Positions 52,341 through 63,446 of a stretch of DNA of 64,000 nucleotides are shown here, piece after piece. Numbering within the stretch: position 1 is the stretch's first letter; each line of letters begins with the position of its first letter. The translations under genes were made by a program, and so were the position numbers. Where the stretch lies: contig JBBCGY010000001.1 of the NCBI GenBank assembly GCA_037200005.1, forward strand, positions 889,812-953,811, written 5' to 3'. The notes beneath the pieces are model-generated. The model worked only from the letters and a program-made list of their open reading frames with translations. It made no database searches and was not told the DNA's origin. The stretch comes from Alphaproteobacteria bacterium (GTDB lineage: Bacteria; Pseudomonadota; Alphaproteobacteria; UBA9219; RFNS01).

Positions 52341-54431
52341 TTAGCCAGCCAACTTCAGTTTGACTTCCTGCGCCACCTGGGTCGGCACCGGCTCATAGTG
52401 ATCGAACTGCATCGAGTAGGACGCGCGGCCCTGGGTCATCGAACGCAGATTGTTCACGTAGCTGAACATCTCCGCGAGCGGCACCATGGCTTCGACCACG
52501 CGCGCGTTACCGCGCTGATCCATGCCGGTTACCTGACCGCGGCGGCTGTTCAAGTCGCCGATGACGTCGCCCATGAAATCTTCAGGGGTCACGACCTCGA
52601 CTTTCATCATGGGCTCGAGCAAAATCGGCCCGGCTTTCGGCATGCCTTCGCGGAAAGCCGCGCGCGCCGCGATTTCAAACGCCATCGTCGACGAATCGAC
52701 ATCGTGATAAGCGCCATCAGTCAAAGTCACCTTAAAGTCGATGCACGGGAAACCGGCGTAAACCCCTGTTTCCTTTATGCTATCCAGGCCCTTTTCAACG
52801 CCGGGAATATATTCCCTCGGCACCGAGCCGCCGACAACTTTCGATTCGAACACATAACCGGAACCCGGCGGCAGCGGCTCGATTTCGAGATTGATGCGCG
52901 CGAACTGGCCCGAACCGCCCGACTGCTTCTTGTGCGTATAATCGATGCTGGTCTTCTTGGTGATCGTCTCGCGATAGGCGACCTGGGGCTTGCCGACATT
53001 GGCCTCGACCTTGAATTCGCGCTTCATGCGATCGACGAGGATTTCGAGATGCAATTCGCCCATGCCCTTGAGGATGGTCTGGCCGGTTTCGTGATCCACC
53101 GACACGCGGAACGAAGGGTCTTCGTCGGCGAGGCGCTGTAAGGCAACACCCATCTTTTCCTGGTCGGCCTTGGTCTTCGGCTCGACCGCGATCTCGATGA
53201 CCGGCATGGGGAATTCCATGCGTTCGAGGATGATCGGGTGAGCGGTGTCGCAAAGCGTGTCGCCGGTCTTGGTATTCTTCAGCGACGCCAAAGCGACGAT
53301 GTCGCCCGCAAAAGCTTCCTTCGCTTCTTCGCGGTTGTTGGCATGCATCAGCAGGATACGGCCGATGCGCTCGCGGTCTTCCTTGACCGTGTTCTGCGCA
53401 TAGCTGCCCGACGACAATGTGCCGGAATAAATCCGCACGAAGGTCAGCGTGCCGACGAAAGGATCGTTCATGATCTTGAAAGCGAGGCCCGAAAACGGAG
53501 CGTCGTCTTTCGGCTCGCGCTCGTCAGGCTCGGTGCTGTCGACCTTGAAGCCCTTGACGTTGCCGATATCGACAGGAGAAGGCAGGTAATCGACCACGGC
53601 GTCCAGCATCGGCTGCACGCCCTTGTTCTTGAAAGATGCGCCGCACAGAACGGGGAAGAACTTCCGCGCCAGCGTGCCTTTGCGAATGCATGCTTTCAGC
53701 ACTTCGACCGCAGGCTCTTCGCCGCCGAGATATTGCTCCATCGCCGCGTCGTCCATTTCGACGGCGGTTTCGATCATCTGCTGGCGGTATTCCTTGGCCT
53801 TGTCGACCAGATCGGCGGGGATTTCCACTTCGCGGAATTTCGCGCCGAGGGATTCGTCTTCCCAGACGATCGCCTTCATCTTGATGAGATCGACGAGGCC
53901 CTTATGCTCGGATTCGGTGCCGATCGGCAGCTGAATCACCAGGGGCACCGCGCCGAGGCGGTCCTTGATCATCGCCACGGTGCGGTAGAAGTTCGCGCCG
54001 ATGCGGTCCATTTTGTTGATGAAGCAAATGCGCGGCACGCCATACTTGTCGGCCTGGCGCCACACGGTTTCGGATTGCGGCTCAACGCCGGCGACACTGT
54101 CATAGACGGCGATGGCGCCGTCGAGAACGCGCAGCGAGCGCTCGACTTCAATCGTGAAATCGACGTGGCCGGGCGTGTCGATGATGTTGAAGCGGTAAGG
54201 CTTCTCGCCGACTTTCCAGAAGCAGGTCGTCGCGGCGGACGTGATCGTGATGCCGCGCTCTTGCTCCTGCTCCATCCAGTCCATCGTCGCGGTGCCTTCA
54301 TGCACTTCGCCGATTTTATAGGACTTGCCGGTATAGTACAGAATCCGCTCGGTGGTCGTGGTTTTCCCGGCGTCGATATGCGCCATGATGCCGAAATTGC
54401 GATAATCTTCGATAGGAGTCGTACGAGGCAT
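52341..54431 (-). CDS. fusA: Elongation factor G
   Basis: [17 protein letters not shown], 696 aa. Confidence 0.97.
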   Translation of the reverse strand: MPRTTPIEDYRNFGIMAHIDAGKTTTTERILYYTGKSYKIGEVHEGTATMDWMEQEQERGITITSAATTCFWKVGEKPYRFNIIDTPGHVDFTIEVERSLRVLDGAIAVYDSVAGVEPQSETVWRQADKYGVPRICFINKMDRIGANFYRTVAMIKDRLGAVPLVIQLPIGTESEHKGLVDLIKMKAIVWEDESLGAKFREVEIPADLVDKAKEYRQQMIETAVEMDDAAMEQYLGGEEPAVEVLKACIRKGTLARKFFPVLCGASFKNKGVQPMLDAVVDYLPSPVDIGNVKGFKVDSTEPDEREPKDDAPFSGLAFKIMNDPFVGTLTFVRIYSGTLSSGSYAQNTVKEDRERIGRILLMHANNREEAKEAFAGDIVALASLKNTKTGDTLCDTAHPIILERMEFPMPVIEIAVEPKTKADQEKMGVALQRLADEDPSFRVSVDHETGQTILKGMGELHLEILVDRMKREFKVEANVGKPQVAYRETITKKTSIDYTHKKQSGGSGQFARINLEIEPLPPGSGYVFESKVVGGSVPREYIPGVEKGLDSIKETGVYAGFPCIDFKVTLTDGAYHDVDSSTMAFEIAARAAFREGMPKAGPILLEPMMKVEVVTPEDFMGDVIGDLNSRRGQVTGMDQRGNARVVEAMVPLAEMFSYVNNLRSMTQGRASYSMQFDHYEPVPTQVAQEVKLKLAG

Positions 54432-54444
54432 AACCAGAAATCCC

Positions 54445-54915
54445 TTACCAGCGATAATGAGCGAAAGCCTTATTGGCCTCCGCCATGCGATGCGTGTCTT
54501 CCTTCTTCTTGACGGCGGCGCCGTTGTCGTTGGCGGCGGCCATCAATTCTCCGGCCAGCTTCTCCGACGAAGTCTTTTCGGCGCGCTTGTGCATCGCCTC
54601 GATGATCCAGCGCATGGCCAGCGCCATGCCGCGCTCGGGGCGCACATCGGTCGGCACCTGATAGGTCGCGCCGCCGACGCGGCGGGAGCGCACTTCAAGA
54701 TGCGGCCGCACTTTATGCAGCGCTTCCTTGAAGATATCGAGCGGGTCTTTTTTGGCCTTGGCGCGGATGATGTCGAATGCGCCATAGACGATGCCTTCGG
54801 CGACCGACTTCTTGCCCTCTTCCATGAGGCAATTCATGAATTTCGACACGGCGATTTCCCCGAATTTAGGATCGGGTAAAACCGTGCGTTTATCTGCGCG
54901 ATGGCGACGAGACAT
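54445..54915 (-). CDS. rpsG: 30S ribosomal protein S7
   Basis: [19 protein letters not shown]. Confidence 0.95.
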   Translation of the reverse strand: MSRRHRADKRTVLPDPKFGEIAVSKFMNCLMEEGKKSVAEGIVYGAFDIIRAKAKKDPLDIFKEALHKVRPHLEVRSRRVGGATYQVPTDVRPERGMALAMRWIIEAMHKRAEKTSSEKLAGELMAAANDNGAAVKKKEDTHRMAEANKAFAHYRW

Positions 54916-54926
54916 GTTTCAATCCC

Positions 54927-55298
54927 CTATTTCGGACGCTTGGCGCCGTATTTCGACCGGCGCTGCTTGCGGTTTTTGACACCCTGGGTATCCAGCGTGC
55001 CGCGAATGATGTGATAACGGACGCCGGGCAAATCCTTCACGCGGCCGCCGCGGATCATGACCGCGGAATGCTCTTGAAGATTGTGGCCTTCGCCGGGAAT
55101 GTAGCTGATGACCTCGAAGCCGTTCGTCAGGCGAACGCGCGCAACCTTGCGCAGCGCCGAGTTCGGCTTTTTCGGGGTCGTCGTATAGACGCGCGTGCAG
55201 ACGCCGCGCTTTTGCGGGCATTCCTTCAGCGCCGGAACCTTGTCCCGGTACTTCGGAACTTTGCGTCCCTTGCGAACCAACTGGTTAATCGTTGCCAT
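54927..55298 (-). CDS. rpsL: 30S ribosomal protein S12
   Basis: True start [13 protein letters not shown] at 55298. The listed longer ORF is an upstream extension. Confidence 0.95.
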   Translation of the reverse strand: MATINQLVRKGRKVPKYRDKVPALKECPQKRGVCTRVYTTTPKKPNSALRKVARVRLTNGFEVISYIPGEGHNLQEHSAVMIRGGRVKDLPGVRYHIIRGTLDTQGVKNRKQRRSKYGAKRPK

Positions 55299-55672
55299 CG
55301 ATCTCAATTCCCTAGCCGAAAGGCCCATAAGGCCAGTTTAACAAACGTAAAAGCCACCGCGAAGCCGGCTGTCGCCGCTCCGTGAAGGCCAAACCCGCGC
55401 CGGACAACCTGCCGAAAGATATGCCGCTTAGAGGCATCCCCGACCGTTCATTGTCTTGGCTATGTTTTATTCGCTGCAATCACGACCGCGTCTAGATCGC
55501 GCCACCTTAGTTAATGGCGGAACTACCACCGGCCCTAAAAGGCAGGCGGAATATAGACATGTGCATAACTCCCCGTCAAGGAAGTTTATCACTTTCCTTA
55601 TGGCTTTCTTAAAAGAAAGCTTTTTCCTTTGCGGGCTTTTGCATAGGCTAAAAGAAAACAGGAACGGCGGGC

Positions 55673-56296
55673 ATGAAATTTCTTCAAAAACCCATCTGGC
55701 TTTTCGTGCTGGGCACGTTTTTTACGTTGCTTGGCATTGCCGCCGAACGCTATGGAAATCGCCCGGAAAGAGAGGTGGTTCTTATAGCCAACGCACAGCT
55801 TCTGCCGCCATTCGATCAGAGCCTGGTGCTGGTCAAGCACGGATGGCTCGGCGCAAGGGGCGTTATCCTGAACAAACCCCTTTCCGGCAACCAGAAATCG
55901 CAACTTCCCGGCATATTCGCGAACGGCGATATTGAGGTTTCTTACGGCGGCCCGGTCGAGTTTCCCGAAAAAATCTATGTGCTCAAATGGGTAAAAGCGG
56001 AACAGGCGGGAGAGACCGATCACTTCGTCATAGGGGAATGGGAAACGGTATTAAAACAAGATTCCGCCCTTCCCGATAAAATTCGTCAGGACCAAAAGAA
56101 CGGCGCTCTTATATACCGCGTATTCGCCGGTTGCGCAGGATGGGGCATTCAGCAGTTGGAGGGAGAACTCGCCGGTTACGGCTGGTTTACCGCCGCGCCC
56201 ACCCATGATTTGATTTTTCAAAAAGGCAACGGCGTCGATTGGGATACGCTTTATCAGCAGCAGCCCTATAAGCCGCTTCCGGGGCAGAAGGCCTAA
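55673..56296 (+). CDS. YqgE/AlgH-family protein (UPF0301/DUF179)
   Basis: SLVLVKHGWLGARGVILNKPL matches the family core. N-terminal hydrophobic segment. Confidence 0.7.
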   Translation: MKFLQKPIWLFVLGTFFTLLGIAAERYGNRPEREVVLIANAQLLPPFDQSLVLVKHGWLGARGVILNKPLSGNQKSQLPGIFANGDIEVSYGGPVEFPEKIYVLKWVKAEQAGETDHFVIGEWETVLKQDSALPDKIRQDQKNGALIYRVFAGCAGWGIQQLEGELAGYGWFTAAPTHDLIFQKGNGVDWDTLYQQQPYKPLPGQKA

Positions 56297-56787
56297 TCAT
56301 ATCTCATATATAATGCCTCTCGCGAACGCGTGGCCGTAGATTTGATGATATTTTCTTTCAAGAACTCCACATTCCGCTTTAAGAGGCCGGGACTGTTTGG
56401 CCGCTGCGGCGAATTGCTTGGCATTCTGAGTGAATTCAGAGGAGATAATGGGTTCTTCGCAAGCCAAGGAGACATGGCCTGCTCTATTCTGGTCAATGCC
56501 AGCATTTCTTTTTGCTCGATATCCAGTTCCCGGCCAGCAAATCCCTGCTCCAGCGTGGTAGCTAACTGCGTCATGACCCTGGGATGGTCGGCGGCCCAAG
56601 CATTAATAATCGGCCTTAAAATCGCTCTTGCCTGCGCTTTTTGATCTTCCAGAAGATCTTGCCGCGCCATCAGAAGTTTTATTCTGGTTTCCCGCTTTAT
56701 CTTTCGCAGTTCCCCGACGGAACGATTTTTTTGCCAAGACTTGGTCATGGAAAATTTTTTGGACATCAACGGCTCCTTGCAAAACAC
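56293..56787 (-). CDS. Hypothetical helical protein (164 aa)
   Basis: ORF convergent with the YqgE gene and overlapping it by 4 nt. No recognisable domain. Confidence 0.4.
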   Translation of the reverse strand: MFCKEPLMSKKFSMTKSWQKNRSVGELRKIKRETRIKLLMARQDLLEDQKAQARAILRPIINAWAADHPRVMTQLATTLEQGFAGRELDIEQKEMLALTRIEQAMSPWLAKNPLSPLNSLRMPSNSPQRPNSPGLLKRNVEFLKENIIKSTATRSREALYMRYD

Positions 56788-56861
56788 ATCTTCGATAATT
56801 CCGGGCGGAAAATATCACATGCGCCTTATTTACGGCAAGAAATTCCGGTAGACATAGAACC

Positions 56862-58779
56862 ATGCCTTTCTCGATTCTAAACCCCTCCCCGCCCAGGATT
56901 CTGCCGCGCGTCGTCGCGAGCGAATTGCCCGCCCGGCTATGGCCGATGCTTTGGCTGTTCATCAAGCCTCGCTGGCTCTGGGTGCTGGCCGCCAGCATTC
57001 CGCCCATGCTCAACCGCGCGCTGTTCGTATCCGGCAGCTATGCGGCGAAACTTATAGCCGACGCCGCGCTGGCGGCGGAAGCGGCGCATCAGGACATCTG
57101 GACGCAGGTTTTTCCTTTCCTGCTGCTCTTCATCGGCCTGATGACCGGGGTATTCGTCGTGCAAGGCATCGGCTGGGCGATTACCTACCGCACACGCTTT
57201 CCGCTGCTGGCCGATATGCGGCAAACGGTCTTCTCCTTCGTGCAGCGGCACTCGGCGATCTATTTCGATAATAACCTTTCCGGAAAGATTGCCTATAAGA
57301 CCGCCGTCCTTCCGGAACAGATGATATGGCTTCTTGAATGGTGGTGGTTCCAGTTGATGCCCGCGCTGGGAATATTCCTGACCGCCGCCCTGTACCTGAC
57401 CACCGTGAGCGCCGTTTTCGGCCTGCCCATGCTGGGCTGGCTGGCGATGTATTTCGGCGTCTGCATGATGTCGGGGCGGCTCTGCGCCAAACGCGCGGGC
57501 GAGCATAACGAGGCCAAGACCCAACTGACCGGGCGCGTCGTCGATATCATCATCAACATCAAGAACGTGATCTTCTTCGCCGCGCATGAACGCGAGGACG
57601 CGACGGTGAATCGCAACGTAACCGCGACGCTGGCCGCGCAGCGGCGGCTGTTCCTGAACGTCATTTTCCTCATGCGCTCCGCGCAGCATATCATGACGCT
57701 GCTGATGTGGACGGGGCTCTATACCGGCCTGGTCTATGCCTGGTCGCGGCATATCATCACGCCGGGCGATTTCGTGATGATGTCCACGCTGGGCACGATG
57801 ATCGCCGCGCGCTCGCAGGAACTCGGCGACACGCTGCCCGATCTTTTTCGATTATCTCGGCTCGGCCGAGGAGAGCATCGAAACGCTGGTCGTGCCGCGC
57901 GCGATCATCGATGAACCCGATGCCGGAAAATTGCTGGTGCCACGCGGCGAAATCCACTTCGCCGGAGTCGATTTCGCCTATGACGGCAAGCAGAGCGTCA
58001 TCCGCAATCTCGACCTGACCATCGCGCCGGGGCAGCGGGTCGGCCTGATCGGCCAGAGCGGCGCGGGGAAAAGCACGCTCGTCTCGCTGCTGCTGCGCCT
58101 GCATGACATTCAGCACGGCAGCATCGCCATCGACGGGCAGGATTTGCGGCGCGTCACGCAAGACAGCCTGCACAGCGCCATCGGCGTCATTCCGCAGGAT
58201 ACGGTGCTGTTCCACCGCAACCTGATGGATAATATCCGCTATGGCCGCCAGAACGCGACCGATGCCGAAGTCGTGGAAGCGGCGCGCCAGGCTCACGCGG
58301 ATGACTTCATCCAACTGCTGCCGAAGGGCTATGACACGCTGGTCGGCGAGCGCGGCGTCAAACTGTCGGGCGGCCAGCGGCAGCGTATCGCCATCGCCCG
58401 CGCGCTGTTGAAAAACGCGCCGATCCTGATCCTGGACGAAGCGACTTCGGCGCTCGACAGCGAATCAGAAGCCGCGATTCAGGCCGCCATGCGTCTCGCC
58501 ATGAAGGATCGCACCGTCATCGCCATCGCGCACCGGCTTAGCACGATCTATCATCTCGACCGCCTGATCGTGCTGGACGGCGGCACGGTCGTGGAAGACG
58601 GATCGCATACCGAACTGCTGGCAAAGAACGGCCTCTATGCTTCGCTCTGGCGCAAGCAGAGCGGCGGATTTTTGCCCGGCAACGGAAAAATCGTAGACGA
58701 GTTGGAGCAGGAAACCCCCGCCCCCGTTATGGATAAAGCTCGCGCGACGCTGGACGGCGAAGCAGCCAGGGAAGAATAA
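56862..58779 (+). CDS. ABC exporter, fused permease-ATPase (MsbA-like), with +1 frameshift in a T5 run at 57844-57848
   Basis: 6-TM domain in ORF 56862-57914. NBD in ORF 57892-58779 (Walker A GQSGAGKST, signature LSGGQRQRIAIARAL, Walker B ILILDEATSALD). Deleting one T restores ...LPDLFDYLGSAEESIETLVVPRAIIDEP. Confidence 0.8.
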
Positions 58780-58785
58780 GGGCCG

Positions 58786-60138
58786 TTATCCGCGCACGAA
58801 ATCGAAAATGGCGACGCCTTCGGAGCTTTTGGGGCGCTGGAAGATTTCCTTGTGGCGCAGCGCGCGAACGGTATCGTCATAACCGGCGCGCCAGTGATCC
58901 TGCATGGACAGCCGCGAGAATTCGTAATCCTTGGAATCGCCCTCGTAGTTCTTGGCGCGATAGATCAAATGAACGATGTTATACGCTTTATGATCCGAGA
59001 CATCATGCAGCATCTTTGCCTCAGGCGATTTCTTAAGATTTTCCGGCAACTGATTGTATAAAGTAGAGAAAGCATGCCGTGCTTTCTGCGCTTCCTTAAA
59101 GCGATCTGTGCTGGCGCGGGTACGGCTCGAATACTGGATTTCCTTCTGGCGGGTCATCACATCGGTCATGTTGCGCGGCAGCCCGCCCCGCGCGCTCCAC
59201 AGATCGACCTGGAACGCCAGCGTATCGTGGCGCGGCGTGCTGTCCATGATTAATTGCAGCGGCGTATTCGACACCAGGCCGCCGTCCCAGTAATACTCGC
59301 CGTCGATCTCGACCGCCGGAAAGCCGGGCGGCAGCGCGCCGCTCGCCATGATATGCTCGACGCGAATCTTTTCCGACGTCGAGTCGAAATACACGTAGTT
59401 GCCGCTTCTGACATTGACGGCCTCGACGCTCAGGCGGGTTTCTCCGGCATTGATGCGGTCGAAATCGATCAGCTGCTCGAGGGTGGATTTCAGCGGCGAT
59501 GGATCGCAATAGCTGGTCGCGTCCAGCGAGCCGGTCGGCAGCAGCCACGGCCCTGGAACTCGCGGCGAGAAAAATCCCGGCACGCCGTTAAGAAGCGTAT
59601 AGGCGGCGCTCATCTGATTGATGACCCCGCGCGAAATATCCCCTTTCACCACGAAGCTTTCCATCTCGCACAGCAAATGCTCGAAAGGCTTTTTGGCCAT
59701 TCGTTCCCAGAATTCATGCAGCTTCTGGGTATAGGCGCCGGGCCAATGGCTGAACATAAACTCCGACGCTTCCGCCCCAGCGGCGGCGGCGGCGGAGCCG
59801 GTTTGATCGAACAACGCAAAAAGAGGATAGTTTTTCGCGGCGTCTCTGAATTGCCCGACGCTCGTGCCCAGCGAATTAGCCGTCAGGCCCTCCCAGAATT
59901 GGCGCAGCTTATCGATCCGCTGTTCCGGCGAGTTACCCGCGATGATGGCGGAATTGATCGCGCCGATGGAGATGCCCGCCACCCAATCGGGGTGCAGGTC
60001 GGCTTCCGCCAGCGCTTCGTACACGCCGGCCTGATACGCCCCAAGCGCGCCGCCGCCCTGAAGCAATAGCGCCACGGAGCCGAAAGGAAGCGCGCGCCTT
60101 GATGGAGGTTCCGGTTTTTTGGTTTTCTTGGAGGGCAT
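58786..60138 (-). CDS. Patatin-like phospholipase
   Basis: Oxyanion GGGALGAYQAG, GxSxG (GISIGAINS), DGG catalytic Asp. 450 aa. Confidence 0.85.
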   Translation of the reverse strand: MPSKKTKKPEPPSRRALPFGSVALLLQGGGALGAYQAGVYEALAEADLHPDWVAGISIGAINSAIIAGNSPEQRIDKLRQFWEGLTANSLGTSVGQFRDAAKNYPLFALFDQTGSAAAAAGAEASEFMFSHWPGAYTQKLHEFWERMAKKPFEHLLCEMESFVVKGDISRGVINQMSAAYTLLNGVPGFFSPRVPGPWLLPTGSLDATSYCDPSPLKSTLEQLIDFDRINAGETRLSVEAVNVRSGNYVYFDSTSEKIRVEHIMASGALPPGFPAVEIDGEYYWDGGLVSNTPLQLIMDSTPRHDTLAFQVDLWSARGGLPRNMTDVMTRQKEIQYSSRTRASTDRFKEAQKARHAFSTLYNQLPENLKKSPEAKMLHDVSDHKAYNIVHLIYRAKNYEGDSKDYEFSRLSMQDHWRAGYDDTVRALRHKEIFQRPKSSEGVAIFDFVRG

Positions 60139-60212
60139 GTCGACTCCGCAAATGAGCCGCGATAATAAGCCCTATTCCGCTCATCGGGAAGCATGAATTT
60201 TCGCGGAGTTTC

Positions 60213-60674
60213 TTATTGCTCCGCATCGGCGTGCTTGGCGTCGTGCCAAAGGATGATCTTGGATTCCAGATCGTCCGCCCGGAACGGCTTTGAAATATAA
60301 TCGTCCATTCCCGCTGCGAGGCAGCGCTCTCTGTCTCCGGCCAGCGCGTAGGCCGTGACGCCGACGATAGGAATGCGGCTGAAGCCATGCCGCTCTTCAT
60401 AGTCGCGGATCATGCGGGTAGCCGTGAAGCCATCCATCTCCGGCATCTGAACATCCATAAGGATGACATCGAAACCGCCGCCCCTCGCCTTCTCGAATGC
60501 CTCCTGGCCATTGCAAGCCGTTTCATGGCGAATGCCCAGCATCTCGAGCAGCGACGTCGCCACCAGCATATTGTCCGCGTTATCTTCGACAAGAAGCACG
60601 AGAGGATTTATTTCGCTATGGGCAACCGCAGAAGACGCATCCGCCGTATCGAAGGCGCTCATTGTTCTTTTCAT
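60213..60674 (-). CDS. Stand-alone response-regulator receiver (REC/CheY-like) protein
   Basis: LLVEDNADN...DVILMDVQMPEMDG...IPIVGVTAYA. No output domain. Confidence 0.85.
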   Translation of the reverse strand: MKRTMSAFDTADASSAVAHSEINPLVLLVEDNADNMLVATSLLEMLGIRHETACNGQEAFEKARGGGFDVILMDVQMPEMDGFTATRMIRDYEERHGFSRIPIVGVTAYALAGDRERCLAAGMDDYISKPFRADDLESKIILWHDAKHADAEQ

Positions 60675-60934
60675 AATCGCGGCCCTTCCTGTATGTCTGC
60701 ACGGGCATTTTCACAGACGCCAGCATGGAGCCTATTTATTGATAAAGTTTCAGCACTTTTGGTAAAATGCGTTAAATTAGACGAAATCACATGAAAAATT
60801 TATCAGCATCGCGGAATATGCAAGGCACAGTCAGGCTATTATGTAATTTTTATTATTCGATCGCGTGTCACGCTCGTTTGCTTATGAGCAGCCTAGTATT
60901 CATAAATCCGTCGCGACCTAGTCTCGACAGATGT

Positions 60935-60991
60935 GAGCCAGGGAAATTAGCCTTTCAGTGCAGACTGCGAGGAAATTATATTCCCTGGCTC
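60935..60991. repeat. 11-bp perfect inverted repeat GAGCCAGGGAA / TTCCCTGGCTC flanking a 35-nt loop
   Basis: Seen directly at 60935-60945 and 60981-60991. Intergenic. Confidence 0.5.
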
Positions 60992-61008
60992 CGCTGTCTT
61001 AGCGCCGC

Positions 61009-61161
61009 TTATCCCCTGATATTGAATCCGCTATCGACATAAATCACCTGGCCGGTGATATGCCGGGCGCTGGGAGAAGCGAGGAAAGCCGCCATAGCGC
61101 CGACATCCTCTATCGCGGCCAAGCCGACAATCAATCCCTTCATGCCGTTCAGATTAAACAT
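61009..61161 (-). pseudogene. C-terminal remnant of a short-chain dehydrogenase/reductase (SDR) gene (about 50 codons)
   Basis: Minus-strand translation MFNLNGMKGLIVGLAAIEDVGAMAAFLASPSARHITGQVIYVDSGFNIRG resembles SDR/FabI C-termini (...EDVA.AAFL.S..A..ITG..I.VDGG). No upstream catalytic part. Confidence 0.4.
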
Positions 61162-61250
61162 ACTTTTGTCCTTCTGTTGCTTATATGCTGAGGGGCGAGA
61201 GACGATTCGGCATATGCATAATATTCAAGCACGGGCGCGGAGGGAAAGAG

Positions 61251-61727
61251 ATGGAGCTAGCCGAAATTATTGGTTGGATTATCGCCACTTCGCTCGTCGC
61301 CATTACGGTTCTCATTCATTATGAGATCATGTTGATCACCTCCGACAAAATCCTTCCATGGGGGATCAAGCGGTTTCACGATCGCCGCGTCATGCTGATG
61401 ACGATCACCATGCTGATGATAGCGCATATCATCGAAATATGGGTTTTCGCGTTCGTTGTCTATTTCATGTATCTGACGCCCAAGCTCGGCTATTTGTCCG
61501 GCGAATTCGACGGCAGCCTGAGCGCCTGCGTATATTTCTCCGCCGTCAGCTACACATCGCTGGGCTACGGCGAAATAATCCCGCGCGGCGCTATCCGCAA
61601 TATAGCCGTATCCGAAGCGCTGATCGGACTTTTGATGATCGCCTGGTCTGCTTCCTTTACTTATATTAAAATGGAACAGACCTGGAACGAACGCAGAAAA
61701 AAAATCAGACATCCTTCTGCTGAATAA
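61251..61727 (+). CDS. Small KcsA-like two-TM potassium channel subunit
   Basis: Selectivity-filter-like SYTSLGYGEIIP between hydrophobic helices. RBS AGGGAAAGAG before ATG 61251. Confidence 0.6.
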   Translation: MELAEIIGWIIATSLVAITVLIHYEIMLITSDKILPWGIKRFHDRRVMLMTITMLMIAHIIEIWVFAFVVYFMYLTPKLGYLSGEFDGSLSACVYFSAVSYTSLGYGEIIPRGAIRNIAVSEALIGLLMIAWSASFTYIKMEQTWNERRKKIRHPSAE

Positions 61728-61835
61728 CCCGATATTTATGGAGTTCGTATTCTTTCTTTATGCCTTCCTTGTCAACGTAACCGCCAATAGCCGTCAAAGC
61801 GGCAATGGTCGTCACACTTTGAGATGGAGGAAATC

Positions 61836-62330
61836 ATGCAAACGAAACAGCAGAACCCAAATCCAGCCAAAGCCCAAACTCAGAGCCAGGGACAGGGCCG
61901 TCCGCCGCAGGTGAAAGACCTGATGACCAGGAATCCCGTCTTCATTTCTTCCAACGCCACCGTGCAAGACGCGGCGCGAAAAATGGAAAACGTCGATTGC
62001 GGCATTCTGCCGGTCGGCACGCCGGAGAAAATCGAAGGCGTGATTACCGACCGTGATATCGTGATCCGCGTCATAGCCTTAGGCAAGGATGCGAACACCG
62101 AGAAAGTGCGGGATTACATGACGCCCGGCGTCGTCTCCTGCCGCGAAGACGACACGGTCGATAGAGCCGCCGACATGATGCGCGAGAATAACGTCAACCG
62201 GCTCATCGTCAAAAATCAGACCGGCAAACCCTCAGGCATTCTCAGTTTTGGCCGCCTCCTCCGCGAAGAGGTCAATATGAGCGAAATAGCGAGCGTCATC
62301 GAGCGCGCCGTTGGCCCGAAAGCGGCTTGA
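61836..62330 (+). CDS. CBS-domain pair protein
   Basis: Two CBS motifs (VKDLMTRNPVFISSNATVQDAARKM; VRDYMTPGVVSCREDDTVDRAADMM). GGAGG RBS before ATG 61836. Confidence 0.8.
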   Translation: MQTKQQNPNPAKAQTQSQGQGRPPQVKDLMTRNPVFISSNATVQDAARKMENVDCGILPVGTPEKIEGVITDRDIVIRVIALGKDANTEKVRDYMTPGVVSCREDDTVDRAADMMRENNVNRLIVKNQTGKPSGILSFGRLLREEVNMSEIASVIERAVGPKAA

Positions 62331-62379
62331 ACCGGCAAACGTAAAAGGATACCCTTGATCGCAAGGAGTATCCCCAGCC

Positions 62380-62916
62380 ATGCTGCTTTATATCGTCGGA
62401 ATCCTGGCCGTCGTCGCCGCCGCTCTTGCTATCGCGATTGCCTTGCAACCCAATGAATTCAGGGTCACGCGCTCGGCGTCCATGACGGCCCCGCCGGAAA
62501 AGATTTTCGCTCAAGTGAATGATTTTTATAAATGGGCGGCTTGGTCGCCATGGGTCAAGCTCGACCCAAACGCCAAAATGTCCTTTGACGGCCCTCCGGC
62601 GGGAGCCGGCGCGATTACGCGCTGGGACGGCAATCGTCAAGTCGGCGCAGGCAGCATGACGATCCTCGAGAGCCGTCCGGCCGAACTGGTCAAACTGCGG
62701 CTTGATTTCCTGAAGCCGATGCAGGGCACGAGCATCGCGGAATTCACCTTCAAGCCTGAAGGCGCCGAGACCGTCGTGTCATGGAGCATGCATGGCAAAA
62801 ACAATTTCGTCGCCAAAGCGATGGGGCTTATCTTCAACTGCGATAAAATGGTCGGCGGCCAGTTCGATCAGGGCCTGGCGAATTTGAAGGCGGTAGTGGA
62901 AGCGGGCCGGGAGTAA
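62380..62916 (+). CDS. SRPBCC-superfamily (polyketide-cyclase/START-like) protein with N-terminal TM/signal anchor
   Basis: 178 aa. Composition and length fit SRPBCC. Assignment is tentative. Confidence 0.5.
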   Translation: MLLYIVGILAVVAAALAIAIALQPNEFRVTRSASMTAPPEKIFAQVNDFYKWAAWSPWVKLDPNAKMSFDGPPAGAGAITRWDGNRQVGAGSMTILESRPAELVKLRLDFLKPMQGTSIAEFTFKPEGAETVVSWSMHGKNNFVAKAMGLIFNCDKMVGGQFDQGLANLKAVVEAGRE

Positions 62917-62927
62917 ACGGGAAACTC

Positions 62928-63437
62928 ATGCGCTATCTCTTGATCCTATCCCTGGCTTTCTTCAGCGGCACGATCGCCGCTTTCGCCCAATCTTCACCGG
63001 AGGTTAATAGTCAAACCATGTCCGACCCGACCAAAAACCTTACGCCGATGCAAAGCTATGTGACGCAGCAAAACGGCACCGAACCGCCCTTTAACAACGC
63101 CTATTGGAACAACCACGAGGACGGCATTTATGTCGATGTCGTGTCGGGAGAGCCACTGTTCTCGTCCACCGACAAATATGATTCCGGCACCGGCTGGCCG
63201 AGTTTCACCAAGCCCATCGATCAATCCAAGGTGCTGCAGCAAAGCACGCCTGCGGACAGCCGCATGGAGGTGCGCTCATCCGCCGATTCGCATCTGGGTC
63301 ATGTCTTCGACGACGGCCCGGCCGACAAAGGCGGCAAACGCTTTTGCATCAATTCCGCGGCGCTGCGCTTTGTCCCGAAAAACCGGCTGGAAGCGGAAGG
63401 ATATGGAAAATATCTGACGCTGTTCGAGAAAAAATAA
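62928..63437 (+). CDS. msrB: Peptide-methionine (R)-S-oxide reductase MsrB with signal peptide
   Basis: [26 protein letters not shown] catalytic Cys context. Confidence 0.85.
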   Translation: MRYLLILSLAFFSGTIAAFAQSSPEVNSQTMSDPTKNLTPMQSYVTQQNGTEPPFNNAYWNNHEDGIYVDVVSGEPLFSSTDKYDSGTGWPSFTKPIDQSKVLQQSTPADSRMEVRSSADSHLGHVFDDGPADKGGKRFCINSAALRFVPKNRLEAEGYGKYLTLFEKK

Positions 63438-63446
63438 CTCTCCGCG

